A stretch of DNA of 64,000 bases from Eledone cirrhosa (lineage: Eukaryota): contig OZ024741.1 of the NCBI GenBank assembly GCA_964016885.1, positions 8,432,001 to 8,496,000 of the forward strand, given 5' to 3'. The first letter of the stretch is position 1, and each line of letters starts with the position of its first letter. Position numbers and translations under genes: made by a program. The notes under the pieces were generated by a model. That model searched no databases and had not been told where the DNA came from. It was given only the letters and a program-made list of their open reading frames with translations. Shown one piece after another: positions 15,301 to 27,039 of the stretch.

Positions 15301-16596
15301 AGACCTCTACCTGTGTACCTTTATATAAGGGTACACAGGTAGAGGTGTCTAGTCATTGACCCCCAGACCTCTACCTGTGTACCTTTATATAAGGGTACAC
15401 AGTAAGAGGTGTCTAGTCATTGACCCCCAGACCTCTACCTGTGTACCTTTATATAAGGGTACACAGGTAGAGGTGTCTAGTCATTGACCCCTGGACCTCT
15501 ACCTGTGTACCTTTATATAAGGGTACACAGGTAGAGGTGTCTATGTCCATTGACCCCTGGACCTCTACCTGTGTACCTTTATATAAGGGTACACAGGTAG
15601 AGGTGTCTATGGCCATTGACCCCCAGACCTCTACCTGTGTACCTTTACATAAGGGTACACAATAGAGGTGTCTAGTCATTGACCCCCAGACCTCTACCTG
15701 TGTACCTTTATATAAGGGTACACAGGTAGAGGTGTCTATGGCCATTGACTCCCAGACCTCTACCTGTGTACCTTTATATAAGGGTACACAGGTAGAGGTG
15801 TCTAGTCATTGACCCCCAGACCTCTACCTGTGTACCTTTATATAAGGGTACACAGTAAGAGGTGTCTAGTCATTGACCCCCAGACCTCTACCTGTGTACC
15901 TTTATATAAGGGTACACAGGTAGAGGTGTCTAGTCATTGACCCCTGGACCTCTACCTGTGTACCTTTATATAAGGGTACACAGGTAGAGGTGTCTATGTC
16001 CATTGACCCCCAGACCTCTACCTGTGTACCTTTATATAAGGGTACACAGGTAGAGGTGTCTATGGCCATTGACTCCCAGACCTCTACCTGTGTACCTTTA
16101 TATAAGGGTACACAGGTAGAGGTGTCTATGTCCATTGACCCCTGAACCTCTACCTGTGTGCCTTTATATAAGGGTACACAGGTAGAGGTGTCTAGTCATT
16201 GACCCCCAGACCTCTACCTGTGTACCTTTATATAAGGGTACACAGGTAGAGGTGTCTATGTCCATTGACCCCTGGACCTCTACCTGTGTACCTTTATATA
16301 AGGGTACACAGGTAGAGGTGTCTAGTCATTGACCCCTGGACCTCTACCTGTGTACCTTTACATAAGGGTACACAGGTAGAGGTGTCTATGGCCATTGACT
16401 CCCAGACCTCTACCTGTGTACCATTACATAAGGGTACACAGGTAGAGGTGTCTATGTCCATTGACCCCTGGACCTCTACCTGTGTACCTTTATATAAGGG
16501 TACACAGGTAGAGGTGTCTATGTCCATTGACCCCTGGACCTCTACCTGTGTACCTTTATATAAGGGTACACAGGTAGAGGTGTCTAGTCATTGACC
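12310..16596. repeat. Palindromic (hairpin) satellite, 64-67 bp units, about 65 copies
   Basis: 48-bp core GACCTCTACCTGTGTACCTTTATATAAGGGTACACAGGTAGAGGTGTC (17 bp perfect inverted arms) plus a 16-19 bp spacer. Confidence 0.95.
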
Positions 16597-16680
16597 ATTT
16601 ACAAAGGTGTTTTGTATTTCAATAATTTCAGTTATCTTTATTCCTTCAGGTAATCTCGATAAGGAATACATTTATTATTA

Positions 16681-16895
16681 TCTAGCAGAATCGGTAGAGC
16701 GTCGGACAACATGTTTTATGGCATAGAGTTACGGCCCTTTACGTTCTGTGTTCAAATCCCGCCGAATTTTGCTTTGCCTTTCATCCTTACGGGGGTCGAT
16801 AAAATAAAGTACCAGTAATGTACTGGTGCCGATTTAATCAACTTCCCTCCTCTTCAGATTGCTGGCCTTGTGCCAAATGTACAAACAATTATTAT
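16681..16895 (+). mobile_element. tRNA-derived SINE, family A
   Basis: Same head, B-box GTTCAAATCCC and tail as 3520-3712. Confidence 0.8.
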
Positions 16896-16961
16896 TATTT
16901 TCTTCTCAATATTTATTCCATTTTGTATATATAAACACAATTTACGGCATATATATATTAC

Positions 16962-17026
<65 letters not shown>

Positions 17027-17654
17027 TAAAATTTATATATATATATATTTTAGTACAGCATTAACGAACCTTTAGTTCGCGGCCAAGCTAACGAATGCAA
17101 GTTGTAGCTTTAGCACTCGGATGGGGAAAAGAACCCCAGAGTAATAATAATACGTTTAGACAGCTTAGCAAATCAAATATAGTGATCGGCAGTCCAGTCG
17201 CATCACTAGAGCAACGAAAATACAGGACTCAGGAAAAGATTTTAGACTGACCTGGACAAAACGATGAGATTGAACGCAAAATATATAATGCCTATCGTAT
17301 AGCACACGATATACATCACATATAACACCCAACATCAGCGCTAGGTTTCTGCAAATCCAAGATCGACAAATTCCGCTTGCAGGAGTCTGCAAGTTAATGG
17401 TTTTTGACGACAGAACAAAGGATTTCCTTCTTCAGCAAGTCTTGTGTTCTTTAGCCTCTGCGGGTATGCTCTAGCATTAAATTTCGCTATAGACACGTGG
17501 TTTTCTCCAAGGGAGGTAACATCTGTGAGAAAAACCACAGACCCTCCATCTCAACTGTACTTTTGAAAAGCAGAAGAACTGCGAAACCGGTAAAGGAACC
17601 GAATAAATATATATATTTAAAAAAAAATAAAACTCCAGTTGCATTTTCGATTTC

Positions 17655-17777
<123 letters not shown>

Positions 17778-17879
17778 AGTTATTCCGGGTTGATTTCTAA
17801 AGAATGAAACAGTTCTAGTCCTGTAGAATCTCATCTATATTAAAACTTATATATATATATGTATATATATAGGGCGGGT

Positions 17880-18015
17880 AAAATTCCCGAGATCCATGGA
17901 CGAGTTCTCTCCAGCGGTCTCTGGCCCTCATTATCACTGCCATGTCCTGCGTCTCCAAGAGATCAGTGTCTGTTATTAGGGCATCAACATATGTTAACCT
18001 CGGTCTTCCTCTTCC
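17880..18015 (-). pseudogene. RTE-clade LINE 3' end fragment
   Basis: Minus translation GRGRPRLTYVDALITDTDLLETQDMAVIMRARDRWRELVHGSR fits the RTE C-terminal RGRP...D......DR..WR pattern. Confidence 0.65.
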
Positions 18016-18165
18016 AGTGTGTCACAGAAACCGGGCTAAGCACCGGACTGGTGGGTCTCCCGGCTCGAAACAGACTTTAGACCTTTTTTAAAAAACAATG
18101 GCGTGGTTGGTTAGATGTTTCTAAAGGGCCAATCCCTGGTTTTAGACAGTTAGGTTGGTATGTGT

Positions 18166-18196
<31 letters not shown>

Positions 18197-18469
18197 AAGT
18201 GTGTGTATGTGTGTGTGTGTGAGTGTGTGTGTGAGTGTATGTGTGTGTGTATGTGTGTGTGTGAACATATATGCTGTTTAACCTGAGAGTTTAAGTCTCA
18301 GGAGAAAGTCAATGATGTATCAACACGTATGCTTACCATTTTATTAGGGCCGCCATCTTCATTCGATGGTGTAAAGGGTAAAGACTCCTTTCGGTGACAA
18401 ATGACCTGGGATTTGTACCAAGAAATTTTCCCTCTGAGGCACAAGTCCGGGCGGGTTGTTTGTGGAAGA

Positions 18470-19418
18470 CCAGTAGTCTCCCATGTATACCAGTCTCCCA
18501 TGTATACCAGTCTCCCATGTATACCAGTCTCCCATGTACATCAGTCTCCTATGTATACCAGTCTCCCATGTATACCAGTCTCCCATGTATACCAGTCTCT
18601 CATGTACATCAGTCTCCTATGTATACCAGTCTCCCATGTATACCAGTCTCCCATGTATACCAGTCTCTCATGTATACCAGTCTCCTATGTATACCAGTCT
18701 CCCATGTATACCAGTCTCTCATGTACATCAGTCTCCTATGTATACCAGTCTCCCATGTATACCAGTCTCCCATGTATACCAGTCTCCCATGTATACCAGT
18801 CTCCCATGTACATCAGTCTCCTATGTATACCAGTCTCCTATGTATACCAGTCTCTCATATATACCAGTCTCTCATGTACATCAGTCTCCTATGTACATCA
18901 GTCTCCTATGTATACCAGTCTCCCATGTATACCAGTCTCCCATGTATACCAGTCTCTCATGTACATCAGTCTCCTATGTATACCAGTCTCCCATGTATAC
19001 CAGTCTCCCATGTATACCAGTCTCTCGTGTATACCAGTCTCCCATGTATACCAGTCTCCCATGTACACCAGTCATCCCTGCACATCAGTCTCCCATGTAT
19101 ACCAGTCTCCCATGTATACCAGTCTCCCATGTATACCAGTCTCTTATGTATCCCAGTCTCCCATGTATACCAGTCTCCCATGTATACCAGTCTCTCATGT
19201 ATACCAGTCTCCCATGTATACCAGTCTCCCATGTACCCCAGTCGCCCATGTACACCAGTCTCCCATGTACACCAGTCTCCCATGTTTACTAGTCTCCCAT
19301 GTATATCAGTCTCCCATGTTTACCAGTCTCCCATGTTTACCAGTCTCCCATGTTTACCAGTCTCCCATGTACACCAGTTTCCCATGTATACCAGTCTCCC
19401 ATGTATACCAGTCTCCCC
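18470..19418. repeat. 17-bp minisatellite CCAGTCTCCCATGTATA
   Basis: Direct reading; ORFs repeat every 17 aa, as expected for a 17-bp unit. Confidence 0.95.
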
Positions 19419-19489
19419 TCTCCATGTCACCAATGCTGTCTAAGAGAAAGTCAATGGCCAATACAACGACATCGCAACTATTTCTACAG

Positions 19490-19566
19490 CTAAGTAGACT
19501 GGAACAACGTGAAATAAAATGTCTTGTTCAAGGACACAACGCAACGCCCGGTCTGAGAATCAAACA
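19490..19566 (-). mobile_element. SINE family B fragment
   Basis: GTAGACTGGAACAACGTGAAATAAAATGTCTTGTTCAAGGACACAACGC, similar to 34870-34970 and 56330-56445. Confidence 0.55.
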
Positions 19567-19789
19567 TAAAACATCTGAAAGGCACCAATATCTCTATGGC
19601 TACCGCCATCCTGACTAGGACCAACCCCTGACTATAACACCATTAACTACAACTACTACGAGTCAAAGAGGGTCTCCCTACATAGCGAATCAATCTGCTA
19701 GAAATAATAGCCAAATCTCCTTCAAATCACAAACTACCGTAGAAATGGCATATTGGATTACAAAGAATCGCTGGACAGATTTTACGGGC

Positions 19790-20002
19790 AAAAACCACCT
19801 GGCAAGAGACCCAGGGGTAGACCTCGAGCAAGATAGTTGGCTAACATCCATGAGATTGGCTGGTCACGCTTGGAGATCCTGCCGCATCAGTTGGAGACGG
19901 TTGCTTCTGACAGGACTCACTGGAAGGAGTGTTTAAGGACTTTGCCCACAGGACCCTCTCAAGAAGAAGAAGAAGAAGAAGAAGAAGAAGAAGAAGAAGA
20001 AG
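19790..20002 (+). pseudogene. RTE-like LINE 3' end with (GAA)n tail
   Basis: RPRGRPRAR...EIGWSRLEILPHQLETVASDRTHWKECL followed by a (GAA)n tail. Confidence 0.55.
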
Positions 20003-20114
20003 GATTACATGCCAGTCTTTGATATATTTGCAGGAATGACATTGATGATAGGTGTACAGGATCAGGTCCTAGGGTTAAATAACTACCACATTCCCAGCTG
20101 TAGCTAAGATAACA

Positions 20115-20970
20115 CCTCTCACCTCTTTCTCATTGTTTCTCATTCATCTCTGCCTCTCTCACTCTCTCTCTATTCCCTATCTGTCTTTCTTCCACTCTAC
20201 ATCTCTCTTTTTCGCTCACCTATCTTTCTCTCTCTACTTCTCTGTCACCCTACTCTGTCTGTCCCTCGCCCTCTCTCTATATATATCACTGCCTCTCTCT
20301 ATCTCTACCTATCTTTCTCGTTCTCTCTCTCCTTTTCTCTCTACCTATCTCTCTACCTCTCTCTACTTGTCTCTACACTTGTCTCTCGCCCCTCTCTGTC
20401 TGTCTCTCTCTCTCTTTCTCTCTATCACTACCCCCTCTCTATCCGTATCTTTCTCTCTCTCTCTCTCTATCACCGCCATCCCCCCTCTCTCCCTATCTCC
20501 GTCTCTCTCTAATTGTTTGTCTCTCGCCCCCTCCTCTCTATCTCCGTCTCTCTCTCTAACTGTTTGTCTCTCGCCCCCTCTCTATCTACGTCTCTCTCTC
20601 TAACTGTTTGTCTCTCGCCCCCCTCTCTATCTCCGTCTCTCTAACTGGTTGTCTCTCGCCCCCCCCCCCTCTCTATCTCCGTCTCTCTCTCTAACTGTTT
20701 GTCTCTCGCTCCCCCTCTCTATCTCCGTCTCTCTCTCTAACTATTTGTCTCTCGCCCCCCTCTCTATCTCCGTCTCTCTAACTGGTTGTCTCTCGCCCCC
20801 CCCCTCTCTATCTCCGTCTCTCTAACTGGTTGTCTCTCGCCCCCCCCTCTCTATCTCCGTCTCTCTCTCTAACTATTTGTCTCTCGCCCCCCTCTCTATC
20901 TCCGTCTCTCTAACTGGTTGTCTCTCGCCCCCCCCTATCTCCGTCTCTCTCTCTAACTCTTTCCCTCTCT
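20115..20970. repeat. CT-rich region including ~40-bp tandem unit TCTCTCTAACTGTTTGTCTCTCGCCCCCCTCTCTATCTCCG
   Basis: Direct reading. Confidence 0.9.
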
Positions 20971-21289
20971 GCTCCTCTTCCCCACCCTACTTCACAATAT
21001 AATTAAGCGATGCCAATAAAAGAAAATGGAATTCTAAACGCCATTTTCCAAATGGCCACCCCCTAAGAAGATGATTGTGGTAGTGAGCAATTAACGTAGT
21101 TAATTACAGCCTGTGATTGGCTCAGCTCTCACTATATTAAAAACCCATTTCGCCATACAACGTTTTTCATGGCAGAAGTCGGGTTATAAAAAAACAGACA
21201 TGGCATCCGTTTAGGACGAAATCTCCTACAATTTAGTTGAAATAACCGACTATATAGTTACCAGCAGGGGTCGCTAGAGGTTGTGAAGG

Positions 21290-22160
21290 TGGTGAGAGGT
21301 GGTGGTGCTGGTGATGGTGCTGATGGTATTGGTGGTGGTGGTGGTGGTGGTGATGGTGGTGATGGTGGTGATAGTGGCGGTGGTGATAGTGGTAGTGGTG
21401 GTGGTGGTGGTGGTAATGGTGGTGGTGATGGTGGTTATGGTGGTGGTGATGGTGGTTATGGTGGAGGTGGTGGTGGTTGTGGTGGAGGTGTAGGTTATGG
21501 TGGAGGTGGTGGTGGTGGTGGTGATGGTGGTGGTGGAGGCGATGGTTGTGGTGGTGATGATGGTTGTGGTGGTGGTGGTGGTGGTGATGGTGGTGGTGGT
21601 GGTGATAGTGGTGATGGTGGTGATAGTGTGATAGTGGTGGTGGTGATAGTGGTAGTGGTGGTGGCGGTGGGGGTAGTGGTGATGATGATGGTGGTGGTGG
21701 TGGTGGTGGTAGTGGTTATGGTGCTGGTGATGATGGCGGTGGTGGTGATAGTGGTAGTGCTAGTGGTGGTAGTGGTGGAGGTGGTGGCGGAGGTGGAAGT
21801 GGTGGTGGTGGTGGTGATGGTTATGGCGGAGGTGGTGGTGGTGATGGTGGTTATGGTGGTGGTGGTGGTGGTGGTGATGATGGTGGTGGTTATGGTGGAG
21901 GTGGTAGTGGTGGTAGTTATGGTGGAGGTGGTGGTGGTGGTGTTGATGGTTATGGTAGAGGTGGTGGTGGTGGTGGTGGAGGTGGTGGTGGTTATGGTGG
22001 TGGTGGTGGTGGTTATGGTGGAGGTGGTGGTGGTGGTGGTGGTGGTGATGATAGTGGTGGTGGTGGTGGTGGTGGTGATGATAGTGGTGGTGGTGGTGGT
22101 GATTGGGTTTGCAAGAGATTGGATATATTCGGTATTTAAGTATCCCCTCTCTTCTCCCTT

Positions 22161-22250
<90 letters not shown>

Positions 22251-22339
22251 TCTATTATTGCCACATGCACAGACACACATACATTTACAAATGAATCGGG
22301 CAGTTTTAGTCAAGGAAACCATCGATATATATATATTTA

Positions 22340-22390
<51 letters not shown>
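21290..22390. repeat. (GGT/GAT)n, then (CT)n and (TA)n microsatellites
   Basis: Direct reading. Confidence 0.95.
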
Positions 22391-22393
<3 letters not shown>

Positions 22394-22808
22394 TAAACGG
22401 AATAGAAAATGCTGACAAATTGTTCACAGTTAAAAAATGGTTTAATTAGGAATAAAAGAGTATTAGTGATTGTATGGGTTAGTATTCAGTTGTGGTTTTA
22501 AGTTTTTAAGTTTTTACCGGTTGCGCATTTCTAAATGCTTTTCAAAAATAATTTTGAGATAGAGTGTCCGTGCTGTTTGCTCTGATCTGATTAGTTTTGG
22601 GAATTCTACCTGTTTTTATGTTAAAAAAGTGGCTCCAGCGTTATTTTTGTGTTGCAAAAATGCTTGTGGTCAAAACAATTTTGATTGGTCGGAAGAGGTC
22701 ATGTGAATGTAAAAAGTTGATTTTGCGCCAAGACTGTTTTTATGTTAAAAAAGTGGCTCCAGCAAAAATTCTTAGTCAAAACAATCAACAGAAAATCAAC
22801 AGAAAATT

Positions 22809-24567
22809 ATGAGAAACCTAAAAACTCTAATCAACCAATACAAAGAAGGACTCACTAACAAGGAATTCAGCTTCATCACAGACTTCACAAGTAAATCCAG
22901 CCTTTTCTACGGTATCCTTAAAGTACATAAAAGCGAATCAATCAGTAAGGCATGCAAGGAAGCCACAGACATAGTCATCAATGTCCCCTCACCCAATGAT
23001 CTCAAATTAAGACCTATAATAGCAGGCCCCGCTTGCGAAACGCACCGTCTTAGCAACTTCATTGATACCCTTCTCAAACCCTTCCTCAAGCACATCAAAA
23101 GCTATATAAGGGACGACCTGGATATGCTCAATCACCTCCCTAATATGCCACTTTCTGAACAAACCCTACTAGTGACGTTCGATGTAGTCAACCTATACTC
23201 CAACATCCCCCACAACCTAGGAATAGAAGCTATCCAATTCTGGCTGGATGATTTCCACAATGAACTCCCACAACGCATCAAAAAAGAATTCGTGATAGAG
23301 GGACTCAAATTTATCTTGGAGAACAATTACTTCGTTTTCAATAACAAACCCTACAGGCAGAAATCTGGGACCGCTATGGGAACGAAAACAGCCCCTACTT
23401 ATGCCAACCTAGTCATGGGATACCTGGAAATCACCCTCTACACTAAAGTCCTAAACAAATTTGGAAACACCCTCCACTTACACATTGAAAGGAACTGGAA
23501 GCGATATCTAGATGACTGCTTCATCCTTTGGCACGAAAACATCGAAAAACTTAAAGAATTTCACACCCTTATAAATGGGCTCAACACAAATATTAACTTC
23601 ACGATGGAATACAGTCATCAACAACTCCCCTTCCTCGACATCCTCATTAAGATCCATAACAAAAAAATAGAAACAGACATATACTACAAGCCCACAGACT
23701 CCAAGCAATATCTCCCCTTCAACTCTTGCCACCCTAGACACGTTAAAATTAATATTCCCTACAACTTAGCCAAGAGAATCTGTACTATAGTCTCCAATAA
23801 AAACATCTGCTACTTACGGCTACAAGAACTAAAGGACACACTCATAGGCAGGGACTACCCTGCATCACTAATTGACAATGGAATCCAACGTGCCCTAAAA
23901 CTCAGTACCCAGGACCTTAGACACCCTAAAGTAAATCAACCAAAACTAAAAGCTCTTCCATACATCTCCACACACAACCCCCTCAACAATGAGGCCTTTG
24001 ACACCATCCTCCAGAACATCCCTGTATTGAAAAAGGACCATAGAATGAACCAAATTCTACGAACACACGATATCATAAAGAGCAAAAGACAATCCAAGTC
24101 AATGAAAAACATCTTAACACATGCCAAAGTACTGCCAACCACAACAACGAAACCCACAGTAAAAAAAATGCGATAGACCCAACTGTGGCATTTGCATCAA
24201 CCTAATAGAGGGTTCGGAATTCTATTTCAAAGATGGACAACGTTTTATAGTAAAACACAATTTCACATGTGCATCGGAAAATCTAATATATGTATTAACT
24301 TGTTCAGGTTGTCGAGAACAATACATAGGCCAGACCAAAAACAGCCTCCGCCAACGCATGACTGTCCATAGATCCCAAATTAAAATACGGGAATACAGAA
24401 AAATACCACTGAGTGAACACATTGATACCTGTGCCGCCCCAAATCATCCCAACTTCAGAATCTTTCCCCTCTACAAATTTAAAGATAATGCCACCCACAC
24501 CCAGCGCATCAGCAAGGAATCTTACTTCATTAACAAATACGGACCCCGTCTAAACACTTCTCCCTAA
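22809..24567 (+). pseudogene. PLE reverse transcriptase plus GIY-YIG endonuclease with one +1 frameshift in the A8 run at 24161-24168
   Basis: RT motifs LRPII, FDVVNLYSNIP, QKSGTAMG, WKRYLDD, LPFLD, YYKPTD. Removing one A gives KKCDRPNCGIC...TCASENLIYVLTCSGCREQYIGQTKNSLRQRMTVH...KESYFI...PRLN, in frame with ORF 24358-24567. Confidence 0.92.
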
Positions 24568-24709
24568 GACAAACCCACAACATACACACGTCAACATACA
24601 TACCTACATCAGCACACATCTCTACCCACATATAAACACAATGACACACGTAAACACACATGTTCTATGGTGCAATACAAAAAAATATGTGTGCATATAT
24701 ATGTATGTA

Positions 24710-24792
<83 letters not shown>

Positions 24793-24938
24793 AATATATG
24801 TGTGTGTGTATATATATATAGTGAATATCATTTCACACCTTTTATTGTTAAGATTTTTGATGTTCTATTAAGAGAACCGATTTTACTGATAAAATCGAAT
24901 AATGTACACCATTTTACCAGGGGGAAAAAAATACTGGT

Positions 24939-24985
<47 letters not shown>

Positions 24986-25153
24986 CACAAACACATACAC
25001 ACGCGTACATCAACATACAAAGAGACTTATACACACACACACACACACACGCACTTCTCCGTATAAGACAAAAGCTGAAAAATATCTTTTGACATGCTAA
25101 AATACCCCCCATTGCTTTCAGACACATTCTTACTGACCATCGAATTACTCTGC

Positions 25154-25230
<77 letters not shown>

Positions 25231-25314
25231 ATCTTGATAGCCATTTGACACACATCGCTGCTGGCCATTGTCGCAGCATCGAACACCTTACTACTACTAC
25301 TACACACACACACA

Positions 25315-25381
<67 letters not shown>

Positions 25382-25710
25382 ACACACACACACATATTTG
25401 TTGTGAAAGAGTCATTTCTCAATCTTGGCGCAAAATCAACTTTTTACATTCACATGACCTCTACCGACCAATCAAAATTGTTTTGACCACAAGCATTTTT
25501 GCAACACAAAAATAACGCTGGAGCCACTTTTTTAACATAAAAACAGGTAGAATTCCCAAAACTAATCAGATCAGAGCAAACAGCACGGACACTCTATCTC
25601 AAAATTATTTTTGAAAAGCATTTAGAAATGCACAACTGGTAAGAACTTAAAAACTTAAAACCACAACTGAATACTAACCCATACAATCACTAATACTCTT
25701 TTATTCCTAA

Positions 25711-26625
25711 CTAGCAGAAAAGCCCGGCGTTGCTCGGGGTCGCTCAGTAGCTGTGTTAAAGTTACAATGTTAAGTTTCTTTCTTGGCTTAAAAACTGTAG
25801 TGTCTACTGAGCAGACTTGCATGTGGTGTTTTTGATTAATATTCCCTCAACCAACAATATGCCTTATGAAGTTAAGAAAACATAACGATAACCCGAATGT
25901 TATAACAAAAGAGGATGCTGGGGATAGAAACTGCACTGGTTATTTATTAACAAAGATCGAAAATGTAAACACTGCAACGCAGAGAAAAACATTAGCGTAA
26001 CCAAATTATCAGTTATGTCTGTCTGCACGTCTATATCACCTCTCTGCACGACTGTCTGTCTGCACGCCTATATCACCTCTCTGCACGACTGTCTGTCTGC
26101 ACGCCTATATCACCTCTCTGCACGACTATCTGTCTGCACGCGTATATCACCTCTCTGCACGACTATCTGTCTGCACGACTGTCTGTCTGCACGCCTAACG
26201 ACGAAATATTTGCTTGTTTTACGTAGTCTTTAAATAGACTTGTTTTCAAGTAAAAATATTGTTTTAAAATGCTTTTAAATGGAAATGAAGCAAAACGGAA
26301 GCTTAGTGTTCGAACTGATGAATTTTGCAGGTCAATATTTTGCTGGCTCGACAACTGTTAAAGCCAGCGTAATTTTTTTACGTAAGACGCTCAATGTAAA
26401 CAGAACAAAGGGAAATAACTGATCACTTACGCTCAAAAATCGATACATTATATTCGATTTCGTCACATAGGGTGGGTCAATTTGAAATTTTTTTTTTCCG
26501 ATGTCTTCGCTAGGGCTCAATGTACAAGTATAGCAATTTCGGTGCAATTCCGTGAGAGATTCTAAGAGGAGATGTGTGCCAAAAATCGATAGACAGACAG
26601 ACAACCACAGTTTTATATATATAGA
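25711..26625 (-). mobile_element. Non-autonomous Helitron nested in the PLE1 3' repeat
   Basis: Minus strand starts TCTATATATATAAAAC and ends CCCGAGCAACGCCGGG (hairpin)...CTAG. Inserted between A and T with no TSD; the empty site CCTAA|TTAAACC is visible in the inverted copy near 22440-22450. Internal ~38-bp tandem repeat at 26015-26195. Confidence 0.9.
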
Positions 26626-26720
26626 TTAAACCATTTTTCAACTGTGAACAATTTGTCAGCATTTTCTATTCCGTTTACCAATATATAATAACTTGTGTGC
26701 TACACCTCTATTCTTTTAAC

Positions 26721-26786
<66 letters not shown>

Positions 26787-26822
26787 ATATTAACAAATGG
26801 AAACTATTTATAAAACCATATT

Positions 26823-26888
26823 TATTTTATAATACATATTTCAAGGGCCACCAAGGCAAATTATGGTGCACTTTCATCAGATAAAATA
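26823..26888 (-). ncRNA. Type I hammerhead ribozyme motif
   Basis: TATTTTAT-CTGATGA-stem II (AAGTGCACCA/TGGTGGCCCTT)-GAAA-TATGTA-TT-ATAAAATA; 8-bp stem I. Confidence 0.8.
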
Positions 26889-27039
26889 CAATACAGATTA
26901 GTTTTATAAATAAATATTGACATACCCTGAAAAAAAGACAACCTTAACGGTTGGAGCTTCCTGGATAGACCTATTTTTAAGCTTGTTGTATCCTAACAAG
27001 TTAAATATAACCTCTGCATATATATATATATATATATAT

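Larger units (their letters stand above)
22390..26682 (+). mobile_element. Penelope-like element 1 (Neptune-like), 5'-truncated, bounded by a ~345-bp inverted repeat (22390-22734 vs 25423-25710 plus 26626-26682)
   Basis: RT+EN coding region; the left flank is the reverse complement of the distal 3' region; both outer ends abut TA repeats. Confidence 0.8.

Noticed and set aside
12310-16596. CRISPR-like array (palindromic repeat plus spacer)
   Set aside because: Spacers are short and recur as a few related variants; there are no cas genes and the context is eukaryotic
21100-21150. ATTGG (CCAAT box) plus TATA-like promoter motif
   Set aside because: Short motifs expected by chance; no downstream gene supported
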